A DNA stretch of 64,000 nucleotides from Caecitellus pseudoparvulus. Taxonomy: Eukaryota > Protista > Bigyra: Bicosoecida. This document shows, in pieces, positions 23,947 to 36,600 of the stretch. The notes beneath the pieces were generated by a model. The model worked only from the letters and a program-made list of their open reading frames with translations. It was not told the DNA's origin and made no database searches. Position 1 is the first letter of the stretch. Each line of letters begins with the position of its first letter. The position numbers and the translations under genes were made by a program. The stretch spans positions 1-64,000 of the forward strand of contig CBFFRQ010000086.1 of NCBI GenBank assembly GCA_965644315.1, written 5' to 3'.

Positions 23947-24896
23947 TCAAGTGGCAGGCGTGGGCAGGGCTTCCCGAGGGGGGATGTGTTGCCCCCCTTC
24001 TGGCCCCGACTCGTGCACGCTGAAGAGGCTCCAGGTGATCATGACGTACATGAGGAGCAGGAAGACACCCCCGAGAAAGCTGTAGAATGCCTGCAAGTTT
24101 CCAGCCCCAACTGCAACGAACGCGTGGAAGCGGGCAGCCGTGCCACGACAGCCTATGTCACGTAGACACCCGGGCCTGGCTACACTCACCAGCGTTATTG
24201 ACCCAAGGACAGAAGTGGTCATACTCTGCCACACATGCACCGATTTCTCTGCTCGCACAGGGGTGGGGAGTGGCTCACGAGGTGCAGGGCGCCAAGTTTG
24301 GGCCGGCCGTGCAAGCGATTTCCGCAGCTCACTCACGTTACGTGTGAAACCATGTGCTCTTGAGGCTGCGGAACACCGCAAATCTCGCACACATGCACGA
24401 CTTCCCCATCTAACGTTGCCATCGTCCGGCGTGCCAGGGATGACCCTGGAACGTGTGCCCACCGGGTGCGCAGACACTCTTGTGGAGTCTCCAAGGCCTC
24501 ACCGCCATCGGAGCGCGCAGACACTGCCGCCTGGCGCAAGCGCGCTTCCAGCGCTGCGAACCGCCCCGGCTGGACAATGCCAGGGTCCACCCAGGACGTC
24601 AGCGCGTAGGCTGTGAGGGTGCCCAGGAACAAGGCGGGTGCCAGGATGAACTGCTCAAACGAGCTCCGCTCTGGGGCCACCTTGACGAACCACAGCCACC
24701 CAGGCACCAGCACGAGGGCTAGCGTGACGAGGTTCATGCCCCACATGGGCGCCAGCAGCCACTGCCGTCCGCAGGCAGAGCACAGCGGGATCATGCGGCC
24801 ATACTTGCGTCGCAGAGGCTGGCCTAGCTCGGCAGGGTGCAAGTCGTCTGGCGGGAAGGAGGGCGCGACAGCGCTGGACTGCGTGGGGGACGCCAT
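23947..24896 (-). CDS. DHHC-family palmitoyltransferase-like protein with a DHFC variant motif; 3 exons
   Basis: Two TM helices, then TSWVDPGIV, CEIC, CVAEYDHFCPWVNNA|VGAGNLQAFYSFL and a further TM. Introns at 24249-24336 and 24111-24189 (both GTGAGT...CAG). Confidence 0.85.
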
Positions 24897-25294
24897 GGCA
24901 GTGGCACTGATAGTAGGGTGGGCGCTGGAGGCAAGCCGAAGCACACGTGCATGGCCTGCAGCTGGCTGCAAGTTGGTTGAATTGTGAGTTGAAGCCGGAA
25001 GTGGAATGGTGTGCAGTGTGGGAGAAGAGCAAGGCCCCTGCAGCCCTGCTGACTGGGGTGACTTGAGTCAAGTACAGGCGAGGGATACAGGGCCCCATTT
25101 CTTGCGGGGATTGAATTGGTGCAGGGCACGTGGTCCGCAAGCTGCAGCGTTGAGGTGCGGCTGATGCAACTCGCGGCGTGTTGGCACAATCCAATCCACG
25201 CCCGCCACAACAGCAAGACCGCCCCCCGCGTGCAACCCATGCATCGGATTTCATTTACCTTGCGTTGTCCGCGTGTTTACCCCCCTTCGGTACC

Positions 25295-27135
25295 ATGGCA
25301 GCGGCTGTTTCGGAGCAGGTGGAGCGCTTGTCCAAGTGGGTGAAGGCCAACCCAGGCTCGGCCCTGCTGGCGTCCAACGCTGCGACTGCCGGCGTCTTCC
25401 TGTATGTCCTGGCCCAGCGGTATGGAGGTGTGCTGCCTGCAGTAAAGGAGGCGGTGTTTGGCGCCGTGTCAGCGGTGCGTGGCGTGCCTGTCGAAGTGGC
25501 GTCGTGGCGTGTGGTGCTCACAGCATCTTGAAATTCCGCAGGTTGCTGGTGGCGCGATCGACGCGGAAGTGGAGAAGACAGCCAAGAAGATCGAAGATGC
25601 CGTCCTGGGGGACGACCGTGAGAAGCGCTGTGACCCCGTGCTGCCTGAGGCAGCCCTGCCCAAGGACGCCCTCGTCGCGTTGCTGCACAAGGCCGCTGCC
25701 CGGGTACGTCAGGAGCTTCAGTGTGGTCCACCGGCACACCCTCACTCCCTCCCACCGCCGCCCCTCGCAGGACCGCAGCAAGTGGGACGCAGGCAAGGTG
25801 TCTGGCGCCGTGTACCACGGCGGGGACGCCCTGACGGAAGTCATCGGCACAACCTTCTCCCTCTTCGCGCTGTCCAACCCCCTGCACCCAGACCTCTTCC
25901 CCAGCGTGCGCAACATGGAGTCAGAGGTAGTGGCGTGGTCCACCGCCCTCTTCCACGGCGGCCCCGACGCCTGCGGCACCATGACGTCTGGCGGCACGGA
26001 GAGCATCCTGCTGGCGTGCCGGGCGTACCGAGACCTGGCCAAGGCCAAGCGAGGTGTCACGCGCCCGAACATGGTGGTGCCCACCAGCGCACACGCTGCC
26101 TTCCACAAGGCAGGCGACTACTTCGGCATCGAAGTGCGTATGGTGCCTGTGGATGAAACCACCTTCCGGGCGGACGTGCAGGGCATGGCTGCTCAGGTGG
26201 ACTCCAACACGGTCATGTTGGTGGCGTCCGCCATTTCCTTCCCGCAGGGTGTCGTTGACCCTGTGCAGGAGCTGGCTGCCCTGGCAGCGAAGCACGGCGG
26301 CATTCCCCTGCACGTGGACTGCTGCTTGGGCTCCTACCTCATTCCCTTTGCCAACGCTGTGCGCGGGCCAGACGCCCAGCTGCCACCCTTTGACTTTGCC
26401 GTGCCGGGGGTCACGTCCATTTCCGCAGACACCCACAAGTTCGGGTACGCCCCCAAAGGCTCCTCAGTCATCATGTACTCCAAGGCAGAGTTCAGGTACC
26501 ATCAATTTTACGTCTCGCCTCGGTGGACGGGTGGCGTGTACACGACACCGTCCATCGCAGGCTCTCGAGCTGGTGCGCTGGTGGCAGCAACCTGGGCCAC
26601 CATGCGTTTCCACGGGCAGGAGGGCTACCGCGCCGCTGCCAAGCGCATCTTGACCGCTGCCCAGGCTGTAGCACAGGGTGTGCGGGACATGCAGGCCGAG
26701 GGGCTGGGCATCAAGCTGTACGGGGAGCCTGACCTGTGCGTGGTGGCGTTCGGGCCTGACCCCAGCGCAGCGAAGCCCGTCTCCGTCCCGTTCCTCTTCG
26801 AAGCCATGACCGCCAAGGGCTGGAACCTGAACAACTTGCAGCGCCCAGCCAACATCCACCTGTGCGTCACGTACAAGAACGCAGAGGTGGCGGCAGCCTC
26901 CTTCGCGGACGACCTGCGCGCCAGCATTGCGGAAATCGAAGCGACGCCTGACAAGTTCAAAGGCGGCATGGGAGCAGTGTACGGCGTCGCGGAGAGCATC
27001 CCCGTGGACGGGCCCATCGACCACCTGTCTCGAACCTTCGTGGCAGCGCTGTACACCACCCCTCAGGGCGGCCCCGAGGCTCCCTTCTGGTACGAGACAG
27101 GCCCAGAAGCTGAGGAAGGGGCAGCCACAGCCTGA
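25295..27135 (+). CDS. SGPL1: Sphingosine-1-phosphate lyase (PLP-dependent); 3 exons
   Basis: GKVSGAVYHG, SNPLHPDLFP, TSGGTESILLA, AHAAFHKA, LHVDCCLG, SISADTHKFGYAPKGSSV (PLP Lys) and AGSRAG, plus an N-terminal TM. 67-nt introns at 25475-25541 and 25704-25770. Confidence 0.95.
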
Positions 27136-27331
27136 GGTGCACACTCGGCCAAACTGGCCTGCTCGACACAACACAGCGTGCGGGAAGTGTGTCGGTAAAT
27201 GCAGGCCCACTGCAACCCACACACCTTGCTCTCGTGTCACTTGGCTGCGACGGGCTGCCAGCGGCAAGCACAGCTCTAACTGTCCACCACGCTGGACGCC
27301 TCTGCCCTGGCTTGGGACCCGGCTGCCGCCC

Positions 27332-30300
27332 ATGACCACACATGAAGATCGCCTGGCGCGGAGGTACGCCAACCTCCGCAAGCGCCAGCTCGCTGCAGAG
27401 GCGCCGCCTTCCACCGAGCCAGGTGAGTTTGCGGAGACACCAGTGCTCGCAGGCGCCGCCCGGCACGCCCTTCTACGGCGCCTTCGGCTGTGCAGACTTC
27501 CAAGATGAAGTGGAGCGTGAAATGGCGCGGCAGCGTGAGCTGATCAATGCTATGCTCAAGTGCGTGGGGCTTGTGTGGGGCGGTTGCTAGGCCTGCCGGC
27601 GTTTCACATTCAAACACGCCTGCCTCCTCCGCCCGCCCTGAGCACACTCCAGGGAGCACCTGCCCGCGCTGCACAGGGAGTCCAGGAGTGGAGGAAGTAA
27701 AGCTCCCGAACCAGTGCGTCGTCTGCTCTCGACCTTGCCGTGTCTGCAGCCTGCCAGTGCTGGAAGCAGTCGCTGGCGACGACACGCGAAACGCTGCTGC
27801 ACCGCTTGGCCCTCTTGCCCACTGCACAGGAGTCGTACAGGGAGGAGCCGGAGCATGTCCCACCTCATGATGCCTATGCTGGACCTGCTGCGTACCGTGC
27901 TGGGCCTGGCCACGGCCCGCACGCCTACGCACTGGCCGAGCCAGACCACTCCCAGTTCTCAGGCAGCGAGCCGCCGTCAGCCCGCCCCGATTGGCCGCGA
28001 GAGGCAGCAGCGGCGCCGGACACAGTCCCAGCACCCGAGCGGGGTCCCACTGCAGAGAGCAGCGTGGCGTGGCCGCCCAAGCCCAGGGTCCGGGACGTGC
28101 GCGCGGAGCAGGCGAGGTACGCGGCAGACCTGCAGCGCCAGATGGCAGAGCGTGCTGAGCGCGCTGCCCAGGAAGGCAGGGGCGCACGCCACGGCGGCCA
28201 GCACGCGCCACCAGCCACTGCGCAACCTCTGGCACGTGACGCCCACCCCCCTGCCGCTGCCTCTCCCCCCTCCACCCGGACCAATGCTGAGAGTGTGGGG
28301 TTTGCGCTGGGGGGAAGGGGCGGCGCCCGCCCTTCAAACCACGCAGCCCGGACACACGCCGCTGAGCTGAAGGCCCAGGCTGAGTCTGATGCGCGGCGCC
28401 GGCAGGCAGAGCGCGATGCAGATCGTGCGTTTGAGCTGCGCAAGCTCCAGGAGGGGGGCTTTGCTCCCCCCCCTCAGGCAGCACCGCCCCGAGCTGGCCG
28501 GGAGGCAGCCCCCCCCCCTCGACACCGCCCCCCGTCACCAGATCCAGATGCTTTTGCCGGGGACGGACTGTTCGCCGGGTTCGGCGTGCGGGGTGCGGAC
28601 GTTGGGCGGCGCCTGGGGGCCGCGGCGCCCCCCCCCGCAGATGGACACCGCCCACGCGTGTCAACGCCGTCAGGCGGCTCTGTGGCCATGGAGGCTGTGG
28701 GGGCGATGTCCCCACCCCCCCCTCGGGATGTGCATGGGGGGGGGGCAGCGCGCGGCCACCGCAGCGCCAGCCCCATCCAACCACGCCCTTCCACCACCAC
28801 CACCACCATGCCAGCAAACCTCTCAGCGGCTGAGGTGGCCAGTGCCGTCGCATCCGGTGCGCGCTTCTCACGGGGAGGTGGCTCTCGCCTCATCGACCCC
28901 GTGCAGGCGCAGCGAAACGCAGCAGCTGCTGCCGCCCGCGCTGAGCAGGCCGCCGCCCTGGCGGAGCAAATCGAAGCGAAGAAACGGCGGGCTGCGGCGG
29001 AGAAGGCGCGTGAGGCGGCTGCCGAGGCGGAGGAAGAGGCAAAGCTGGCCCGGCAACGAGCGGACCTCAACGCACAGCTGCGCGCAGAGCTTCAGGAGGA
29101 GATTGCGGCAGAGGCGGGGGACGGCCCGCCGCCGCCTCACCTGCTGAAGCGCTTGAGGGAGCTGGAGGCAGAGGCGGGGGTGCAGCGGGCAGGGGAGGGC
29201 CGGTGGAGCATGGGGGGCAGTCCTGGCGCGCGGGGGGGGGCCTCTGGCGCGTTTCGCAGCCCCGGCATCGGCGGCCGGCCTCGCCACAAGCCGGCTCACT
29301 CGCCGCCACGCCCCAGTCCCACGCAGCCACGGCCAGTGGATGTGCGGGGCCCACCCCCCTCGGACCTGCATGCGACGGGGGGGTTCCCTGTGCACTCCGC
29401 TGGCGGGGGTGGTGACGGGCGCCGGGTGAGTGTGGAGGAGCCACCCCTGCCCTCGGCGCGCCACGTACGGGGCGGCAAGCCGTCGGCCCCCCCCTCTCCC
29501 CGCCCTGCCTCGGCGCCACGCCAGCTGCCCGGAGCAGGCGCTGATGCCGCCGACATGCGTGAGCTAGCGGCCAATGTGGCCCTCATGCGCCAGCAGTACG
29601 CCCTGCTGCAGGAGCAGCTGGCCATGCAGCGGGAAGCCCTCAGTGAGATGCGGGAGGGGGCGCGGCGGGCGGCCCACGAGGCGGAGCTGGAACGGATGCG
29701 GGCGACGCAGCAGGACATGGCGCGGAGACTGGCTGGCATGTCTGCCTGGGGGGCGTACGGGGGGGGTGCGCCCCACCCCTGGCATGCACCTAGTGCGTAC
29801 CCCACCCCCGCTTGGAGCCCCCCCTCGCAGGCGTATGGAGGGGGGGGTGCGTACGGCTGGGGCGGCGGGGGTGGCGAGTTGCAAGGCCGCAGCTCTGTCG
29901 TGCAGTTTGCCGAGGGGGGCTGGGAGCGAGGTGGGGGGTACAGCGTCGGACACCCCCCCTCGCATCCCTCCACTTCCCCCATCCAGGGCTCCTACCCTGC
30001 TCACGATGACATCCGTTTTGTGGGGGAGGCCCGCCCCCGTACTGCGGCAGCTCCCCAGGCAGGCCGGAGGGGGGGGCAGGCCCCCTCTGTGGAGAGTTCC
30101 CTGGCTGGCGACAGCTCGTTCCAGTCTGTGGCGAGGGGGGATGGTGCGCCCTCTCCGCCCGTGCACAAGCCACAGGCCCCTGACGATGCGTTGGACGAGT
30201 TTGTGGGGCGGGCAGGGGGGGCTCATGGCGCACCAGCACAGCCCGGGCCCACCCTCCACGCCACAAAGCTCCGCCCCGATCTGCACGCACCTGATGCGTT

Positions 30301-33300
30301 GGATGCCGCGGTCAAGGCAGGTGGTGGTGGGGAAACCCCCCCTTCCGGGGCAGGGGAGGGGTCCCTGGACAGCTCGTCCATGATGGTGTTCGTGAAGGGA
30401 GGAGGGGGTGCCCAGGCGCAGGGTGGACTGCCAGTCGCCCCGGCACCTGCCACCCCCCAAAAGCCCACCTCTACCCCCCTCCGCCCCTCCAGCACCCTGT
30501 CAGCAGCTGGCAACCAGTCCGTTGGTTCCTTTGCCTCGGTATCCACAACAGCCAGTGCCTCGCGACGGGGGGGCAGTGGGGCTGGCTCGCCTGCCGCCAA
30601 GGCCGCTCCCAACGTGCCCAAGCTGCGCCAGGCCTTGGCAGATGCTGAGGAAGCCCGTCGGCAGCTCATGCAGCGCCTGGACTCCCTGGCTGAGCAGAAA
30701 GGCGAGGTCAAGGCAGACCTGCGCCGCTTCGAGAGTGCGTACCTGGCTCAGCACGGCGGGGCCAAGGTCCCCCGGGAGGCCAAGCAGCAGCGCCGCTCAG
30801 AGTACAAGGCATACACCCGCCTGAAGAACGAGGCGGGTGAAGTGGCAGCGCTGCTGGCCAAGGCGCAGAGCCGCTGTGCCTCGCTCCGCGCGGCTGTGCT
30901 CAAGGCGGAAGGAGCAGCAGCTGCGGCTGCCGACGCTGCCGCTGCCAAGAGTGCTCTGCAGCATGAAGCACGGGGTGCATCCCCACCCTCCTCCGCTGAT
31001 GCTGAGGCTGCCGTCACCTTGGCTCGCTTGCGGCGCGATGAGAGATCGCTGTCCTTGCAGCTCAGCGTGTGGCATGAGGAGGTGCAGCGGGACAAACAGC
31101 GCCCCCCCACAGATGCCGAGCGGGTGGCAGAGATGGGGGATGTCCTGGCTGAATTGGGGCGGGTGCAGCAGGCTCTGGTGGATCTGGGGCACACGCTTCA
31201 CTCTCGACGGGTACGGCCCCCTCTGGAGGTGGATGCCGCCCCCGCCACGCACCCCGCCGGCCAAGCAGGGGGGGACACCGGCGCCTCGGGCCGCTCCATG
31301 GTGGACGACCTGCCTGGCGTGCCGGCTGGCTTGGCAGAGCACCTGTCTGGCCGCAGCTTGGACGGTGGGGAGAGTGCCTCCTCTGTCCCTGACCTGCCCC
31401 TGGCGCCAGCCCAGCTGGACCACGCTGCGGAGGCAGAGCAAGAACAAGTGGTCTTCACTGGCCGCACACAGGGCACCGACGCGGAGGTACAGGCTGAAGT
31501 CCGGCGCATTATGTACAGCGAAGAGCCATACCGTGCGCCAGCCCCTGTCGTGGCACCAGTCGCTGAGGCAGTGTCTGCCCCTGCCGAGGAGTCCGCACCA
31601 CTCTCTTTCCTGGACCGTGTCAATGCCGCTGTGGAGGAGCTGCGCAGCGCAGAGGAAGTGGACACAGACTCAGGGTCAGAGGGAGTGGAGGGCGGGGCTC
31701 CTGATGCCTCGAGCGGCCCAGAGGCCTCTGTGACGCTGCCTGGCATGCTGCTGCCTGCCGCCACACCAGCCCAGCCGGAGCAAGCTGCAGGCGCCGCCTC
31801 TGACCACGGCAGCGCATCTGCCTCCACCGACGGGCACTCATCTGCGCAGAGTTACACGAGTGCTGACAGCTCTGCCTCTGACAGTGGCTCAGAGGACGAC
31901 GGAGTCAGCAGTGTAGAGTCTGAATCCCAGGCTGACTCAGCCCCTCCTGCCGTGCAGAGCAGCTCTTGGTCAACACAGTCATCTGAAGCACGGGGCTCCC
32001 CATCGCCGGCCACTGCTGCGTTGGGCGGTCCTGCCGACGAGCATGGTGCTGCGACCCGGATCCAGGCCATGGCACGGGGGCGTGCAGCACGGCAGCGTGT
32101 GGCGGGCATGCGTGGTGGCAGTGGTGACGGGTCTGGGTCAGAGGGTGTGGTGTCTGCCGACGAGCATGGTGCTGCGACCCGGATCCAGGCCATGGCACGG
32201 GGGCGTGCAGCACGGCAGCGTGTGGCGGGCATGCGTGGTGGCAGTGGTGACGGGTCTGGGTCAGTGGGTGTGGTGTCTGCCGACGAGCATGGTGCTGCGA
32301 CCCGGATCCAGGCCATGGCACGGGGGCGTGCGGCACGGCAGCGTGTGGCGGGCATGCGTGGTGGCAGTGGTGACGGGTCTGGGTCAGTGGGTGTGGTGTC
32401 TGCCGACGAGCATGGTGCTGCGACCCGGATCCAGGCCATGGCACGGGGGCGTGCAGCACGGCAGCGTGTGGCGGGCATGCGTGGTGGCAGTGGTGACGGG
32501 TCTGGGTCAGAGGGTGTGGTGTCTGCCGACGAGCATGGTGCTGCGACCCGGATCCAGGCCATGGCACGGGGGCGTGCAGCACGGCAGCGTGTGGCGGGCA
32601 TGCGTGGTGGCAGTGGTGACGGGTCTGGGTCAGAGGGTGTGGTGTCTGCCGACGAGCATGGTGCTGCGACCCGGATCCAGGCCATGGCACGGGGGCGTGC
32701 AGCACGGCAGCGTGTGGCGGGCATGCGCTCCGTACGTCAGGATCGGTCTGAACGCCTCGCTGCTGCCCGGGCCGCCAGGCAAGCAAAGGCCAGCCAGGGG
32801 GGCGGCGCCGCGGAAGTACCCGTGCAAGAGGTCCAGGCAGCTGTGGCGGCAGCGGCTGAAGCAGCCGTGGTGGCACGTGGCGAGGCTGGCACGTTGGCCA
32901 GCACTTCCCGCCGGCGAGCGCGCCTGGCACACCTGGCGGGTGAAGGGAAGGAAGGGAAGGAGGACGACGGCGCTTCTGGCGGCGGCGGTTCGGGGCAGGG
33001 GGAGGGCAAGTATGAGGAAGATGAGTGGGAGGAGGAGGACGCGAGTGAGATCGAGACAGAGGGAAAGGCGGACCGCCCCAGCACGCGCTGGGAAAGCAGC
33101 AGTCTGGGCACGAGCGTGATTTCAGAGCACATCGTCGCGGCACCGCCCTCCCGCATCAGCATGGTGACGGAGGAGGGTGGCGCTTCTGCCACGCGGCCTG
33201 GCACCCGCACGGGAGCTGGGACCGCCCTGTCCATCGATGAAGTCCCATTTGACGACGAAGATGGCATGGCAGCGCTGGAGAGCAAGACTCCTGAGGCAGA

Positions 33301-33412
33301 CAGGCAGCAGGATGACATCGTGCAGATGTTGCCGTCGCGCTACACAAAGGCTGCCGCGCCAGCATCTCCGCACAAGCCCCAAACTCCAAACAAACCTCGA
33401 CACGGAAGCTGA
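27332..33412 (+). CDS. Large low-complexity/coiled-coil protein with a CCDC66/CSPP1-like motif, a FAM13-like helical motif and 6 IQ motifs; 4 exons
   Basis: Exons from ATG 27332 are joined by introns 27423-27495, 27560-27676 and 27714-27829 into the 1890-aa frame. Motifs: LAEQIEAKKRRAAAEK...EEEAKLARQR (CCDC66-like), KADLRRFESAYLAQHGG...EYKAYTRLK (FAM13-like) and AATRIQAMARGRAARQ x6. Confidence 0.75.
32033..32727 (+). repeat. Near-perfect 123-bp coding tandem repeat (about 5.6 copies), each encoding one IQ motif plus a linker (41 aa)
   Basis: Unit gccgacgagcatggtgctgcgacccggatccaggcc... starts at 32033, 32156, 32279, 32402, 32525 and 32648. Only gag/gtg and gca/gcg variants were seen. Confidence 0.97.
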
Positions 33413-33667
33413 ATGCAAGCACGCGTGTGGCAGGGTGCCTCTTGCTGCCGGATTTTGTCTGGGTCCTTGAAAGCTGCTCAGTGAGCCAGGGCAGCGCGAG
33501 TGAGCGGAGCCTGGCGTTTCGCTGCTCAGCGTTTCGCCAGCTCCAGCGTAGCAAGGTTGGCTTGGAGTGGAGTGTGATGCTCAGCCTTGGTCGCCTCCCT
33601 AGCACGCTAAGGTAGCTCATAGATCTTGCAGCTCAGGCCTGACACGGCGCAAAAGCAACGTGCGAGC

Positions 33668-36600
33668 ATGCAGGTAGTTGATGTTGTACAGATTTCGGGC
33701 GTGTCGCCTGGAGCTGTCCTGGGTTGCATTCTGGGCTGCGTCCTGACCTTTGCCTTCATGAAGGGGTTGTGGGGTACCTTCGACCTCACCACCAAGTTCG
33801 TCCAGGGCATGTGGAAGACTATTCTTGGGTTGCCTGCCGTTGAAGCTGAGCCGGCAGGCCTTCCGCCGCCTCCCCCCTCGCCACGCACGTCGCCACCAGC
33901 TGAGACTGTTGACACCACTGCCACGAAGGCGACCACGGGAGCAGGGACGGGACATAATCGACGCGCCCCAGCGCCACAGGCTTCCGTTTTGGCTGCTGCC
34001 ACCGGCATCGCAGGTTTGCATGTGGACACACAACTGCACGGAGATCACGCGAACCGGGGAGGTGGGCCCACGTTGCACTCAGCGCCCGCCCGCCGCATGC
34101 GGTCAATCACGGGCTCCACTGGGAGCAGCTTCCCGCCGCGTGTGGGCTCCGAAGATAGCCACGCGCCAACTGGCGTTGCCGGGGAGGCTGCCGAAGGTGG
34201 CGAGGGAGGAGGGGGGCACCCCTTGCAGGTGCGCCGACCCCCCTTGCACTTGTTGGAGGGCAGTCTGTTCCTCCTGCGCCACTTGGCTGCAGTGCGCAGC
34301 CTCATCACGAACGCCGCCGCGGCCGCTGCCCTGCGCGAAGAACCCGACGCCAGCACGCCGACCTCTGCCACACGGCGGGGCCCAAGGGATGCGCAGGGAA
34401 GGCCGCTGCCGGCGCCTGCTGCCGACGCGGCACGTGCCGTGCACGCCGCCTTCCACACCCTGCCAGGCAACGTCCTCGCAGAGCTGGCCCTGTCCCACGC
34501 GCTGCGGGTGAATGCGCCGCTGGTGGGGCAGGGAGGCGTGGGGGAGGGCATTGGTCCATTCCACCCGCCGCTCCCCATCACCACCCACCTGCTGCCGTCG
34601 CTGCCTGGCCTCAAGCGAGTGCCTGAGCAAGACCACGGCCGCTCCCAGCTGGCACGTGGAGGAACACAGTTCCGCGTGGACGAAGGCGTGTTCCTCACAC
34701 CGCCGTGCCACTTGAGCAAGCCGCGCCCTGCTCCAGCGCCTGCCTCCGCCAGGGCAAGGGAGGGCGGCGACGCGCGGCCTTTGTCCATCCCGGTGCCCAC
34801 GTTTGTGCATGTCAGTCCGTCGGCGCACAGCATCGCCGGCTGCCCACAGTCCTGGCTGACTCTGCTGTCTCGCACGTTCGGGCTGGAAATGCCGCAGCGG
34901 CAAGGCGGGCGACACGCAGTGGACATTACAGGCCGCGTCAGCCTCATGCGAGTTGGCTTTGCAGTGTACTGCAAGCAAGCATGGCTGGAACATCCGAGCG
35001 CCGCAGCGGGAGTGCGCCCCATGCAGTCTTCCTGTTCCGAGACCACTGCTCGTTTGGCGTTTTACCTGCTGACGTGCACCTTCCCGCCCCGCTGCATGTG
35101 GCTGGATGACCGTGCCGACTTGCCATCGCCGCGGGCGGCATTCGGCCACCTCCTGCGTGTGATCAAGACGCGTTTGAATACGTCTGTGTCATTCTGTCGA
35201 GTTGCCTTGCCCATGTCGTCAGAGGACATGGCGGGTGTCTTCTCCAAGGGGCAGGCAGCGCCGTCGACAGCCATCTTGCGCCGCCTCGGCTCACGCCCGC
35301 AGTTACAGTTCGGGCCAGCAGAGGGCTCACAAACGGAGCCTGTGGCACGCTTTGACGACGATGAGGCGATGCTCCCGTCAAACTTATGCTTCCTCCTCGT
35401 AAAGCCGGGTGTGAATGACCCTGAAGCAGCGGCAGCAGCTGGCGGTCGCGTCGCGCTCATCGTGTCGTGCGGCGGCGTAAGCAATGTCGTGGTGCGGTGG
35501 CTGCAGCCCACTGTGGCTGCTCTGCAAGCTGCTTTGAAGCACATCACCAGGGTCGACTTGGATCTGTCCCTGTACCATGCGACAGTGCATTCTCATGTGT
35601 TTGGTGAGGCCGTGACCGACCTTCAAGTGGAAGCGCTGGCCACATCACACGCTGTGGCTATACGGGCAGCAGCGCTGTCTGCACCCCCCAAGGCAGCCCC
35701 CACACCACGACGGGGCTTCTTTGCCTGGCTGCGTGGCTCCTCCAGTCAGCCTGCTGAGAAGCTCCCCGTGTCTGAGTTGGAGGGCGCCCGTGCCAACGAT
35801 GCCTTGCACGACCCCTCTCGGCAGTTCCGCCCGCCCTGGCGGAGCCCTGAGCCGACGCCCGCATACACCTTGGGCATGCCTTTGCAAGAGGCAGGCCAGC
35901 AAGCTGGTCAAGCATTTCACCCGCACAACGCTCGCACTGCGTCCGCCAACGCGGTGGAGGAGCCACCTGGAAAAGCGCAGGGTGCCCTGCCCTTGCTGTC
36001 CCTGCTGCAGTATCACTGTGGACTCCCTCGCCATGCAGCGAGGCAGCACATCCTGGAGCCAGCGTCCCTTGTGCCGCCTCTGCAACAACGGCAACAAGGC
36101 GCCTCTGTCGAGGAGGTGGGCTCTGGGCAGGGGCTTGCCGGGTGCACAAACGTCTCCTGTGTTGGTGGAACGCTGGCCTGGCTGTCAGACCCCCTGTACG
36201 CTTCAGAAGCCCTCACGGTGAGCACGTCCCTGGGCAAGTCGGGCATGGAGCACCTTTCCTTGACGGCGACGACCCATTTAGCGTACATCATGCTCGTGCA
36301 GTTTACGCGAGGGGTGCTGAACCCCACCAGCGAAGTGATGCAAGCCTTCCCCTCACAGGTGGCAGTGCTGCACACTCGCTTGGCCATTGCCTTGGACTCG
36401 GGCCGCCTGGCACCCCCTGACATCTGCAACCTGCTTCGGGCACAGCCGGTGGCAGGTGTGGTGGGGCGCGCGCCTCCCAAAGGCAGCCCAGGACGAGAGG
36501 ACAACCCGCGAGGCTTGTCAGCAGCCGCCCTGGCTGAGCCGTCCCTTCCTGAGTTGCTGGACCTCACCACGCGAGCACACTCTCGACTGCAACAGGAACT

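Noticed and set aside
32033-32727. CRISPR-like array
   Set aside because: Units are contiguous with no unique spacers, are in frame and encode IQ motifs; no cas genes are present and the context is eukaryotic.
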